Positions 19,586 to 27,917 of a stretch of 64,000 nucleotides of DNA are shown here, piece after piece. This DNA comes from an uncultured Oscillospiraceae bacterium (GTDB lineage: Bacteria > Bacillota > Clostridia > Oscillospirales > Oscillospiraceae), in NCBI GenBank assembly GCA_944386995.1, contig CALXDF010000035.1, forward strand, positions 6,168 to 70,167, read 5' to 3'. The notes under the pieces were generated by a model. That model did not search any database, was not told the origin of the DNA, and was given only the letters and a program-made list of their open reading frames with translations. A program made the position numbers and the translations under genes. The first letter of the stretch is position 1. Each line of letters starts with the position of its first letter.

Positions 19586-20203
19586 TTGGGAAATTTTTTA
19601 CATCTGCGGCAAACCGCCCTGAGACTGCTCAACCAACCGGAGCTATCCGGATCGCTCTATTTGGCCGGCGGAGTCCTCCCCTGGATCCTATCCAGGGAGG
19701 ATTCCCAGCGCGACCACGGTGATCTGGACCTTGTGGTGGAGGCCGGGGATCTGCCGGCGGTCCGGCGCTATCTCTGCGCGGCCGGGTACTACCGGCCGGA
19801 GCTGGACTCCCGCTCCCTTCCCTGCAACCGCAAGCAGGAGGACTATGGGCTGGAGGCCGTGATCAACGGTATCCCTGTCAATTTTGCCCCGTTCACTGTG
19901 GAGAATGGGGGCATTTCCCAGCGAAACTTTGCCCTGGTCTCGTTGACCGGCTTTGACGCACTGCTGCTGTCCCGCATGGAGCATCTGTCGAAATCAGATT
20001 ATGTGACCACCTATCCCCTGCCGGATGGCGGTTTCCTTCCGGCACTCACACTGGAGGTCGTGCGGGCCACCAAAGAGTGTTCTGACCGGGAAAAGGACCA
20101 TTGGGATCTGCTGCAGCTGCGCTCCCTCCCTAGCGATCCGGAACGGTATCTTCGCGTCCGTCCGGCAGTCCATCAGATGCAGATCTCCTATATTGCCGAT
20201 TGA
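19586..20203 (+). CDS. Nucleotidyltransferase-fold protein (ANT(2'')/Lnu-like family?)
   Basis: LYLAGGVLPWILSRE..QRDHGDLDLVVE resembles the GG..(W)....-x-DIDI catalytic signature of small antibiotic nucleotidyltransferases. I prefer TTG 19586, 8 nt after GGAAGGAGG; the ORF-track start is 19499. Confidence 0.5.
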   Translation: MGNFLHLRQTALRLLNQPELSGSLYLAGGVLPWILSREDSQRDHGDLDLVVEAGDLPAVRRYLCAAGYYRPELDSRSLPCNRKQEDYGLEAVINGIPVNFAPFTVENGGISQRNFALVSLTGFDALLLSRMEHLSKSDYVTTYPLPDGGFLPALTLEVVRATKECSDREKDHWDLLQLRSLPSDPERYLRVRPAVHQMQISYIAD

Positions 20204-20213
20204 TCACACGATC

Positions 20214-20501
20214 TCAGAGCCACCGGCGGCCCTTCCTTTTCGGGGGCGGCTCCCGGCGCTGGAAGGACTTCTCGATGAGGATGATGTCGTCCCCGATCTG
20301 CTTGATGCAGTCCCACGGGACATAGTAGTCCTCTCCCCTGCCGAACAGTCCGAAGAACCGGCAGGGTCCCGGCACAATCAGAGCCGCCACCTGTCCCTCC
20401 GGCAGCTTGATCTCCACATCGCCTACATAGCCCAGGCGGCAGCCGTCGTTGACGTTGATGACCTCCTTGTAGCGCAGTTCCACCATCCTGCACTGCTGCA
20501 T
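20214..20501 (-). CDS. ylmC: YlmC/YmxH-family sporulation protein (PRC-barrel)
   Basis: ELRYKEVINVNDGCRLGYVGDVEIKLPEGQVAALIVPG...FGLFGRGEDYYVPWDCIKQIGDDIILIE matches the YlmC/YmxH pattern. An alternative start is ATG 20486. Confidence 0.8.
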   Translation of the reverse strand: MQQCRMVELRYKEVINVNDGCRLGYVGDVEIKLPEGQVAALIVPGPCRFFGLFGRGEDYYVPWDCIKQIGDDIILIEKSFQRREPPPKRKGRRWL

Positions 20502-20553
20502 CCCAACACCCCCTTGCTCCAGGGTATGCGGCTTTGCGGATGTCCTATCACTT

Positions 20554-20590
20554 GAAAAAAAGAGCTGCCGTTGATACGGCAGCTCTTTTA
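20554..20590. terminator. Bidirectional rho-independent terminator (glyA side)
   Basis: 12-bp stem aagagctgccgt / acggcagctctt, flanked by an A-run and a T-run. On the minus strand it is followed by TTTTTTTC. Confidence 0.8.
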
Positions 20591-20600
20591 CAATAAAATG

Positions 20601-21851
20601 TTATGCTTTGTCCTGATAGAGGGGATACCGCTCCGTCAGCTCCTTTACCTTGCCCTGGACATAGGCGCGGCTGCCATCGGCGTCCGCCACCATCCGGGCG
20701 ATACAATCGGCGATCACATCCATGTCAGCCGGCTGCATGCCACGGGCAGAGACAGCCGCCGTTCCCAGCCGGATGCCGCTGGTGACATTGGGCGATACCG
20801 GGTCGTTGGGGATGGCGTTCTTGTTGCAGGTGATCCCGGCGCTGTCCAGCACCTTCTCGCAGTCCCGGCCGGTGATGCCCTTGCTGCGCAGATCCACCAG
20901 CATCAGGTGGTTGTCCGTTCCGCCGGAGAAGAGGGTGAACCCCCGGTCCATCAGTCCCTTTGCCAGCGCCTTGCAGTTGTCCAGGATCAATTGCTGGTAC
21001 GCCCGGAAGTCCGGCGCCAGCACCTCTTTGAAGGCCACAGCTTTCGCAGCGATGGCGTGCATCAGAGGCCCTCCTTGGATCCCCGGAAACACAGCGCGGT
21101 TGAGCTTATGCTCTTTGGCGAATTCCTCGCTGGAGAGGATCAGGCCGCCCCGGGGTCCCCGGAGGGTCTTGTGGGTGGTGGAGGTCGTGACGTGGGCATA
21201 GGGGATGGGGCTCATGTGAAGGCCTGCGGCCACCAGTCCTGCAATGTGGGCGATATCCGCCATGAGATAGGCACCGCACTTGTCGGCGATCTCCCGGAAC
21301 CGCTTGAAGTCGATAGCCCGGGGATAGGCGCTGGCCCCGGCGATAATCAAGCGGGGCTTACAGTCCATGGCGATGCGCTCCACCTCGTCGTAATCGATGT
21401 AGCCCTGGTCGTTGACGCCATAGGACACGATGTGGTAGACAATCCCGGAGAAATTGACGGGGCTGCCGTGGCTCAGATGCCCACCGTGCGCCAGGTTCAT
21501 CCCCAAAATGGTATCGCCCGGCTTGCACAGGGCCAATTCCACAGCCGTGTTGGCCTGGGTACCGCTGTGGGGCTGCACGTTGGCGTAGGTGCAGCCGAAA
21601 ATCTGTTTAGCCCGGTCAATAGCGATCTGCTCGATCACATCCACAAACTCACAGCCGCCGTAGTAGCGGTGGCCGGGATACCCCTCGGCATATTTGTTGG
21701 TCAGTGGGGTCCCCATAGCCGACATCACCGGGATGCTGGCGAAGTTTTCCGACGCGATCAGCTCAATCCGGGTCTCCTGACGGTTCATTTCCGCCTGGAT
21801 GGCATCCGCGATCTCCGGGTCCACCTGGTGGACTACATCAATAGAATACAT
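20601..21851 (-). CDS. glyA: Serine hydroxymethyltransferase
   Basis: 416 aa. [22 protein letters not shown] and the PLP-lysine block [15 protein letters not shown] are present. Confidence 0.93.
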   Translation of the reverse strand: MYSIDVVHQVDPEIADAIQAEMNRQETRIELIASENFASIPVMSAMGTPLTNKYAEGYPGHRYYGGCEFVDVIEQIAIDRAKQIFGCTYANVQPHSGTQANTAVELALCKPGDTILGMNLAHGGHLSHGSPVNFSGIVYHIVSYGVNDQGYIDYDEVERIAMDCKPRLIIAGASAYPRAIDFKRFREIADKCGAYLMADIAHIAGLVAAGLHMSPIPYAHVTTSTTHKTLRGPRGGLILSSEEFAKEHKLNRAVFPGIQGGPLMHAIAAKAVAFKEVLAPDFRAYQQLILDNCKALAKGLMDRGFTLFSGGTDNHLMLVDLRSKGITGRDCEKVLDSAGITCNKNAIPNDPVSPNVTSGIRLGTAAVSARGMQPADMDVIADCIARMVADADGSRAYVQGKVKELTERYPLYQDKA

Positions 21852-22111
21852 AGGCTCTCCTTTTTTCTGTCGATTTCTGCACCACCGGCCCGGAGGCCTA
21901 GTGCTCCAATTTGTTAGATTCTATCTATTTATACCATAAACTCGCCAAATTTCCACTGGCATTTTTGTACTAAAAATCAGAATGCGTGTCCAACCACCTC
22001 CCCATAATGCACAAATGTCTTCTATATAAAGACAGCTGCGCTTGTTTTTGTCTGCAACGCATATATGCGTCCTCTTCCGATCGAGACGACAAAAGCTCCC
22101 TTTTTGCCGCC

Positions 22112-22141
22112 GTATATTCGCCGTTGGCTGCGGAAATACTT
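22112..22141 (+). promoter_or_regulatory. Forespore (sigmaF/sigmaG-type) promoter candidate for sigG
   Basis: GTATA (22112-22116), a 15-nt spacer, then GGAAATACTT (22132-22141). From memory the B. subtilis sigmaF consensus is GYATA-N15-GGnnAnAHTR. The site lies about 25 nt upstream of the RBS. Confidence 0.4.
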
Positions 22142-22170
22142 CTCCCAGGAACAAAGAGGAGATGGAGCGC

Positions 22171-22941
22171 ATGCTGGGCAAGGTGGAAATCTGTGGTGTC
22201 AATACCGCAAAATTGAAAGTTCTAAGCAACGAAGAGACCCTGGCGCTGCTGCGTCAGACCAAGGAAGGCGATCAGGCGGCCCGAGAAAAACTGATCAACG
22301 GCAACCTGCGTCTGGTGCTGTCAGTGATCCAGAAATTTTCAAACCGGGGTGAAAATCCGGATGACTTGTTTCAGGTTGGCTGTGTGGGCCTTATTAAGGC
22401 CATCGACGGATTCGATTTAAACCAGCCGGTGCGTTTTTCCACTTATGGAGTCCCTATGATTATCGGGGAGATCCGCCGTTATCTTCGGGACAACAGCAGC
22501 ATCCGGGTCAGCCGCAGCACCCGCGATACCGCTTACAAGGTAATGCAGGCCCGGGAGAAGCTTATGACACAGACGCAAAAGGAACCCACGGTGGAACAGA
22601 TCGCCCAGGCGCTGAACATCCCGCGTGAGGAAGTGGTCTTTGCCATGGACGCCATCGTGGAGCCGGTGAGCCTCTATGACCCTATCTATGAACACGGCGG
22701 CGATACCATCTGCGTCATGGATCAGGTCAGCGATCACCGCAATACGGACGAAAACTGGCTGGAACGGATCGCTTTAAAGGAAGCTGTCAAGCATTTAGGC
22801 AAGCGGGAACGACGGATCCTTGCCCTGCGCTTTTACGAGGGCAAAACTCAGATGGAGGTTTCCAGCGAGGTGGGCATCAGTCAGGCGCAAGTCAGCCGTC
22901 TGGAAAAAAATGCGCTTAACACCATCCGAAAGAACCTCTAG
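22171..22941 (+). CDS. sigG: Sporulation sigma factor SigG
   Basis: Near-colinear with my recollection of B. subtilis SigG: KVEICGV.T.KL.VL.NEE, REKL.NGNLRLVLSVIQ.F.NRGE..DDLFQVGC.GL.K.ID.FDL, FSTY.VPMIIGEIRRYLRDN, GKTQMEV..E.GISQAQVSRLEK. Start at ATG 22171, or 22162. The ORF-track start at 22042 is an extension. Confidence 0.88.
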   Translation: MLGKVEICGVNTAKLKVLSNEETLALLRQTKEGDQAAREKLINGNLRLVLSVIQKFSNRGENPDDLFQVGCVGLIKAIDGFDLNQPVRFSTYGVPMIIGEIRRYLRDNSSIRVSRSTRDTAYKVMQAREKLMTQTQKEPTVEQIAQALNIPREEVVFAMDAIVEPVSLYDPIYEHGGDTICVMDQVSDHRNTDENWLERIALKEAVKHLGKRERRILALRFYEGKTQMEVSSEVGISQAQVSRLEKNALNTIRKNL

Positions 22942-23125
22942 TCCCCGCATTCCGACGTCTGCCCCCCCGCGCACAGGCAGAATCCTGCTGCGGAGTGGAT
23001 GTACGGCTGTTGATGATACCGGATTTCCGCACTTTCCGGCATTGCTGTTTTTCACAAGGGTCTCCCTTCCTGCTGACCCCGGCAGGGACGTTTTCCCGAA
23101 AGATGGGGAAAATAGGCCCTGCCCC

Positions 23126-23154
23126 TTGCGTTTTCATTTGCCGTTCTGTATAAT
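23126..23154 (+). promoter_or_regulatory. SigmaA-type promoter for glnS
   Basis: TTGCGT (23126-23131), a 17-nt spacer, then TATAAT (23149-23154), about 50 nt upstream of the ATG. Confidence 0.5.
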
Positions 23155-23203
23155 AGTTGTTGCTGATTTTCGGCAAAATATGAAATAACAGGGAGTGTGA
23201 AAC

Positions 23204-24901
23204 ATGGCCGAGGAGAACAAGACACCCAGTGTCGAGGAAGCGGAGAGCAAAAACTTCATCCATCAGTTCATTGAGGAGGACATCGCAGAGGGTGGGCAGT
23301 TCCAGGGCATGACCGTCCACACCCGTTTCCCTCCGGAACCCAACGGCTATCTGCATATCGGGCACTGCAAAGCCCTTTGCATCGACTTTGGAACCGCCGA
23401 GAAATTCGGCGGGCTGTGTAACCTCCGCATGGACGACACCAATCCGACGAAAGAGGATGTGGAATATGTGGAGGCCATCCAGGAGGATATCCACTGGCTG
23501 GGGTTCGACTGGGGTGACCGCTTTTTCTATGCCAGTGATTATTTTGATCAGATGTATGACTGCGCCGTGGGCCTCATCAAAAAAGGCCTGGCCTATGTCT
23601 GTGAGCTGACGCCGGAGCAGATGCGGGAGATGCGGGGCGATGTCAGCTGCGCTGCCCAGTGCCCCTACCGGGACCGGCCCGTGGAAGAAAGTCTGGATCT
23701 TTTCGCCCGGATGCGGGCCGGGGAGTTTCCCGATGGGGCCATGACCCTCCGGGCGAAGATCGACCCCGCCAGCGGCAATTTCAACATGCGCGATCCGGTG
23801 ATTTACCGCATCAATCACGCCCATCACCACCGTCAGGGGGACAAATGGTGCATCTACCCCATGTACGACTTCGCCCACCCCATTGAGGACGCCCTGGAAG
23901 GGATCACTCACAGCCTCTGCTCTCTGGAGTTTGAGGCCCACCGTCCCCTGTACAACTGGGTGGTGGAACACTGTGACCTGCCTGCGAAACCCCGGCAGAT
24001 CGAATTTGCCCGGCTCGGCATCGACCACACGGTGATGAGCAAGCGGAAACTGCGCCTCCTGGTGGAGGAAGGGCGGGTCTCCGGTTGGGACGATCCCCGG
24101 ATGCCTACCCTCTGCGGCCTGCGCCGCCGGGGCTATACCCCCGCCTCGATCCGCAATTTCTGCGAGCGCATCGGCGTGGCTAAGGCATCTTCTACTGTGG
24201 AGTACGCTTTTCTGGAGCATTGCCTGCGGGAAGACCTCAACGAGACGGCCCGGCGCACCATGGCGGTGCTGCGCCCGATCAAGCTGACGATCACCAATTA
24301 TCCGGACGACAAGACGGAAACCTTTTCCGTGGAGAATAATCCCAACCGTCCTGAAGATGGTACCCGGGAGATCACCTTCTCCAAGCACCTGTGGGTAGAG
24401 GCGGATGATTTCCTGGAGGAACCGGTACCCAAGTACAAGCGGCTTTATCCCGGCGGCCCGGAATGCCGGCTGAAGGGGGCCTATCTGATCACCTGCACTG
24501 GCTGCAAAAAGGATGAAAACGGCAGCGTTACAGAGATCCTTGCCACCTATGATCCGGACAGCAGAGGCGGCGATCCCGCTGATGGCCGGAAAGTCAAAGG
24601 TGCTACGATCCACTGGGTAGATGCTGCTACCGCCCTGGATGCAGAGGTCCGGCTGTACGACAACCTCTTTACGGATCCCAACCCCGATGCTGCGGACAAG
24701 AATTTCCTGGACTGCCTCAATCCGGAAAGCCTGGAGGTCCTCACCGGCTGCAAGGTCGAGGCGGATCTGGCCGGTGCTGCAGCGCCTGCCAACTTCCAGT
24801 TTATGCGTCTGGGCTATTTCTGCCTGGACAGCAAGGACAGCCGCCCGGACCACTTGGTCTTCAACCGCAGCGTCTCCCTGAAGGACAGCTTTAAAAAATA
24901 A
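23204..24901 (+). CDS. glnS: Glutamine--tRNA ligase
   Basis: 565 aa. HTRFPPEPNGYLHIGH carries the HIGH motif and VMSKRKL the KMSKS-type motif. The overall length is GlnRS-like. Confidence 0.9.
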   Translation: MAEENKTPSVEEAESKNFIHQFIEEDIAEGGQFQGMTVHTRFPPEPNGYLHIGHCKALCIDFGTAEKFGGLCNLRMDDTNPTKEDVEYVEAIQEDIHWLGFDWGDRFFYASDYFDQMYDCAVGLIKKGLAYVCELTPEQMREMRGDVSCAAQCPYRDRPVEESLDLFARMRAGEFPDGAMTLRAKIDPASGNFNMRDPVIYRINHAHHHRQGDKWCIYPMYDFAHPIEDALEGITHSLCSLEFEAHRPLYNWVVEHCDLPAKPRQIEFARLGIDHTVMSKRKLRLLVEEGRVSGWDDPRMPTLCGLRRRGYTPASIRNFCERIGVAKASSTVEYAFLEHCLREDLNETARRTMAVLRPIKLTITNYPDDKTETFSVENNPNRPEDGTREITFSKHLWVEADDFLEEPVPKYKRLYPGGPECRLKGAYLITCTGCKKDENGSVTEILATYDPDSRGGDPADGRKVKGATIHWVDAATALDAEVRLYDNLFTDPNPDAADKNFLDCLNPESLEVLTGCKVEADLAGAAAPANFQFMRLGYFCLDSKDSRPDHLVFNRSVSLKDSFKK

Positions 24902-24904
24902 GAA

Positions 24905-24934
24905 ACAGGCCCCCGGAACATTCCGGGGGCCTGT
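24905..24934 (+). terminator. Terminator hairpin after glnS
   Basis: 14-bp stem acaggcccccggaa / ttccgggggcctgt with a 2-nt loop, so the inner pairs must open. The T-tract is weak. Confidence 0.6.
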
Positions 24935-25007
24935 GCCATTTCTGGAAAATAGTTTCCATAGCCTCTCCGCTTTCCATCTGGTATGATAGCGGTATGAGGT
25001 GAACAAA

Positions 25008-25217
25008 ATGCGGATCTTGGATAACATGGACCGCATGGGGGACCGGACCTATTCTCTCCTGAGCAAGGGGATCCTGTTGTCGGCGGCACTGCTTTTAATC
25101 GGCTGTATGGCGATCCTGCAAAATAATTTCCCGATCGCTGATACCTGCCGGGATCTGTCCTCCACAGTCCTGCTGATCACCACGGTTTTCAGCTGCTACA
25201 TAGCAAAGAGCGAATGA
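25008..25217 (+). CDS. Small (69-aa) predicted two-helix membrane protein, hypothetical
   Basis: ATG 25008 lies 6 nt after GAGGTG. An extended -10 TGgTATGAT sits at 24979-24987. There are two hydrophobic stretches (GILLSAALLLIGCMAIL and VLLITTVFSCYIA) and the gene ends inside a terminator. No family recognised. Confidence 0.45.
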   Translation: MRILDNMDRMGDRTYSLLSKGILLSAALLLIGCMAILQNNFPIADTCRDLSSTVLLITTVFSCYIAKSE

Positions 25218-25239
25218 CAAGGGATTCCCCTTGTCATTC
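25212..25239. terminator. Bidirectional terminator overlapping both convergent stop codons
   Basis: Perfect 12-bp stem gaatgacaaggg / cccttgtcattc with a 4-nt loop, then GCTCTTTTG on the plus strand. It contains the stop codons of the small ORF and of the HAD gene. Confidence 0.7.
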
Positions 25240-26031
25240 GCTCTTTTGCCATACTTGGCAGAGTTCCAGTAAATCCTGACAGACCAGATCCGGCTGGTGT
25301 ACCGCTCCGGGCAGGTCCTCCCTGCCGCTCTCCCCACACAGCACCAGAACCGTTTTGCAGCCGTTGCGCCCCAAAGCGATATCCGTATACAGCCGGTCCC
25401 CCACCATGCAGATTTCCTCAGGCTGGCAGCCGAACCGACGGGCTGCTGCCTGAAGGATAAAACGGTTTGGCTTTCCGATGACCGCATCAGGCCGCCGCCC
25501 GGTGGCTGCCTCGACATAGGCAATCGTTGCGCCAATGTCCGGGATATAGCCCCCCGCTACCGGGCAGTTTAAGTCCGGGTGGGTCGCGATATAGGGCAGT
25601 CCAGCCCGCACCGCATTGCAGAGTTTCGTCAGTTTCTCATAGGTCAGCGTGGTGTCAAACCCTAAGACGACCGCCTCAGGTGTGGAGCTGGCAGTCTCAT
25701 ATCCAGCAGCAGCAAATTGCCGCTCCAGGCTGGACGTCCCGATCAGGAGGAGGTCCCGCCCTATCTGCCGCTCCTCCAAATAAATCAAGGTGGCGTCGCC
25801 AGAGGTAAAGATCTGCTGCTCTGTAATACCGGATACGCCTATGCGCCGCAGCTTATTGAGATAGTCCTCTTTACCGCGGGAAGAATTATTCGTGAGGAAC
25901 GAAAACGCTGCGCCGCGCTCCCGACACAAATCTAGAAACATCAATGCGCCGGGCAGCAGAGTATCCTCCAAATAGAACGTTCCATCCATATCCAGCAGGA
26001 ACAACCGGATTGTCTCCAGTGAAAAAGCCAT
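25234..26031 (-). CDS. HAD-IIA family sugar-phosphate phosphatase (NagD-like)
   Basis: 265 aa. The DMDGT nucleophile motif (LLDMDGTFY), FLTNNSS and the GD..YTDI motif near the C-terminus are present. Confidence 0.8.
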   Translation of the reverse strand: MAFSLETIRLFLLDMDGTFYLEDTLLPGALMFLDLCRERGAAFSFLTNNSSRGKEDYLNKLRRIGVSGITEQQIFTSGDATLIYLEERQIGRDLLLIGTSSLERQFAAAGYETASSTPEAVVLGFDTTLTYEKLTKLCNAVRAGLPYIATHPDLNCPVAGGYIPDIGATIAYVEAATGRRPDAVIGKPNRFILQAAARRFGCQPEEICMVGDRLYTDIALGRNGCKTVLVLCGESGREDLPGAVHQPDLVCQDLLELCQVWQKSE

Positions 26032-26095
26032 ATGATTTCCCCTCTTGTCGTTGGATGTCTCTATTGTACTGCCGCACTGCCGCCGGCGTCAATCC

Positions 26096-26797
26096 TCAGA
26101 TCTCCCCTCCCAGAGCCTGTTCCAGTTTTCCAAGTGCCCGCTTTTCAATGCGGGATACATAGCTCCTGCTGATGCCGTACTCTGCGGCCAGTTCCCGCTG
26201 GGTACGCGGACGCCGTCCATTAAGGCCGTACCGCTGCTGGATGATATCCATTTCCCTCTCTGTCAAGCACTCTTTTACCAGCTTTCGCAGACGTGCATAG
26301 GTATCTTTTGTGTCAAGAGCCTCCATCATGGTATCCTCAACGCCCACCACATCCAGCAGAAACAGACTGTTTCCGTCTTTATCTGTCTCCAGCGTATCGG
26401 AGAGAGACACTTCTCCCTGCAGTTTCTTCTGTGCCCGGAAATGCATCAGGATCTCATTTTCAATACATCGTGCCGCATAGGTGGCAAGCCGCGCCCCTTT
26501 GTCTGGGTTGTAACTGGAGATTCCTTTGATCAGCCCGATGGTGCCAATGGAGATGAGATCCTCCTGATCCGATGTCTGCGTATAGTATTTTTTGATAATA
26601 TGGGCCACTAGGCGAAGATTTCTTTCAATCAGTACATTCCGCGCCTCCAGATCCCCCTGAGCATACCGCTCTAGATACACCTTCTCCTCCTCCGCGCTGA
26701 GGGGTTTGGGAAATGATCCGATATTTCCCGTCAAATGCAGAGAAAGAAACAAACTGCTGCGCAGCAGCAGTAATGCTGTGGTTAACACATCCATCAC
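26096..26797 (-). CDS. sigK: Sporulation sigma factor SigK (pro-sigmaK), uninterrupted
   Basis: Matches my recollection of B. subtilis SigK: FP.PLS..EE..YL, ARN.LIE.NLRLVAHI.KK, EDLISIGTIGLIKGI.SY, LATYAARCIENEILMH.RA.KK and ISRSYVSRIEKRAL. The start is a GTG-ATG doublet at 26797/26794. Confidence 0.88.
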   Translation of the reverse strand: MMDVLTTALLLLRSSLFLSLHLTGNIGSFPKPLSAEEEKVYLERYAQGDLEARNVLIERNLRLVAHIIKKYYTQTSDQEDLISIGTIGLIKGISSYNPDKGARLATYAARCIENEILMHFRAQKKLQGEVSLSDTLETDKDGNSLFLLDVVGVEDTMMEALDTKDTYARLRKLVKECLTEREMDIIQQRYGLNGRRPRTQRELAAEYGISRSYVSRIEKRALGKLEQALGGEI

Positions 26798-26837
26798 CTC
26801 TGTCCATCTCTATGTTTCGAGAGAATGTCCCTATACA

Positions 26838-26871
26838 CAAAATCGCCGGGATGGAGAGATCCATCCCGGCG
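26838..26871 (-). terminator. Rho-independent terminator of the DUF4397-like gene
   Basis: 12-bp stem cgccgggatgga / tccatcccggcg with a 4-nt loop, followed on the minus strand by ATTTTGTG. Confidence 0.7.
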
Positions 26872-26885
26872 GTACTGTTTTGGAC

Positions 26886-27764
26886 TTAGTCGATCACAAC
26901 CATAGTCTGAAGCTCGTTTTGCGCCGCCCCGGAGCGCAGCAAAAACACTGTGTAAGTATTGTCTCGCTGCACATTGATGTAAACCGAGGCCACCGTTTCC
27001 TCCCAAGGCTGCTCTCCCAGGAACGCGCTGTCCAGCGTCTCAATGTCCATCCAGGCCGGCATAGAGGCCAGATTCGTCTCTGCAAAGAAAAATTGATACT
27101 CCCCAGGGCGGATCCGCTTGAAGCTCGTCGTCTCTTTAAAACGAACATCTGAGTAGATGACCCGTCCATCCAACAGCAATACATCCAGAGGCGAGCTGTT
27201 ATAGGCCAGATTGCTGACACGGAAATTGGCGTATCTACCGCTGGGTGAACAGCAGTTGTCCTGGATCTGCAGCAGGTCCAATCCGCCCGCCCGATTAATC
27301 ACAGCAATCGTGCTGGAGGTGCCATACTGGATTGGGAGGGTTTTCTGAAGATAGATGTAACCGTCCATGCCGCTGACGGTCACGGTCTGATACCCGGCAG
27401 GAGCACGTCTGTAAGAGGAGATGGATGCATATGTGAGCCAGTTGGCCATCCGCATATTGCTGATACGGATCCGAAATGATGGATAGCCGTAGGCGGCGTG
27501 AAGAAACCGTACTCGGGCTGCCTGGGGCCGGCCGGGGTAACTTGGAATACCAGGCAAATTGGGGGTACTCGGAACACTGGGCGTGCTTGGCGTACTGGGC
27601 GGTAAGATGGCATTTCCCTCGTCATCGATCGGGAATCCCGCGTCCTCATCCGGCAGGGGGATGACAGGCGTACCGCCAGTTATGGCGTTCCCTGCGTCGT
27701 CTATGGGGAGTCCCGCACCCTCATCAGGCAGTGGGACCACGGGCTCATACGGGTTGACAGGCAT
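26886..27764 (-). CDS. DUF4397-like protein with N-terminal acidic tandem repeat and Pro/Ser/Thr linker
   Basis: 292 aa. The C-terminal ~200 aa (ARVRFLHAAYGYPSFRIRI...ANFRVSNLAYNSSPLDVLLDG...) resemble the two-lobed DUF4397 pattern as I recall it. The N-terminus has two 25-aa repeats and an STPSTPSVPSTP linker. No signal peptide seen. Confidence 0.6.
   Translation of the reverse strand: MPVNPYEPVVPLPDEGAGLPIDDAGNAITGGTPVIPLPDEDAGFPIDDEGNAILPPSTPSTPSVPSTPNLPGIPSYPGRPQAARVRFLHAAYGYPSFRIRISNMRMANWLTYASISSYRRAPAGYQTVTVSGMDGYIYLQKTLPIQYGTSSTIAVINRAGGLDLLQIQDNCCSPSGRYANFRVSNLAYNSSPLDVLLLDGRVIYSDVRFKETTSFKRIRPGEYQFFFAETNLASMPAWMDIETLDSAFLGEQPWEETVASVYINVQRDNTYTVFLLRSGAAQNELQTMVVID
27608..27735 (-). 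repeat. Imperfect 75-nt tandem duplication inside the DUF4397-like gene
   Basis: The core of unit A (27608-27660) resembles the core of unit B (27683-27735), a 75-nt period. They encode VVPLPDEGAGLPIDDAGNAITGGTP and VIPLPDEDAGFPIDDEGNAILPPST. Confidence 0.7.
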
Positions 27765-27771
27765 ATCGATT

Positions 27772-27789
27772 CACCGGAAATCTCCGGTG
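27772..27789 (-). promoter_or_regulatory. 7-bp hairpin lying between the Shine-Dalgarno and the start codon of the DUF4397-like gene
   Basis: Minus strand reads AAAGGAGGAA-c-ACCGGAG-attt-CCGGTG... More exactly, the stem is CACCGGA/TCCGGTG (27772-27778 and 27783-27789) with a 4-nt loop, then AATCGAT-ATG. SD to ATG is 26 nt linearly and 8 nt if the hairpin is excluded. Confidence 0.5.
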
Positions 27790-27917
27790 TTCCTCCTTTC
27801 CTTCTGATACAGTCTATCCTATTCCGCACCCGGTTCCTTGGTGCCCCGTTCCCCTTCCCTTTTTCCTATGCCTGTGGTATACTGGGGCTGCAAATCTCTG
27901 ATACAGCGAGGAAATCT

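Noticed and set aside
21852-21960. ZTP (pfl) or THF riboswitch upstream of glyA
   Set aside because: The leader is only ~75 nt after a TGgTATAAA -10. It lacks the conserved GGGTCGTGAC...CCGGGCGGA / CCGCCTGGGCA elements of ZTP and anything resembling the THF core. Only a short imperfect hairpin is present.
21980-22009. SigmaG-like GAATG-N18-CATAATG upstream of sigG
   Set aside because: It would leave a ~160-nt leader. The -10 ends in G rather than A. The GTATA-N15-GGAAATACTT element at 22112-22141 is much better positioned.
22942-23203. T-box or other leader RNA upstream of glnS
   Set aside because: The best promoter leaves only a ~50-nt leader. I found no T-box sequence (AGGGTGGNACCGCG-like), no specifier-loop architecture and no terminator/antiterminator pair.
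26096-26797. skin-like intervening element or split sigK
   Set aside because: The sigK reading frame is continuous from the pro-sequence through region 4.2 (ISRSYVSRIEKRAL), and no recombinase gene is nearby.
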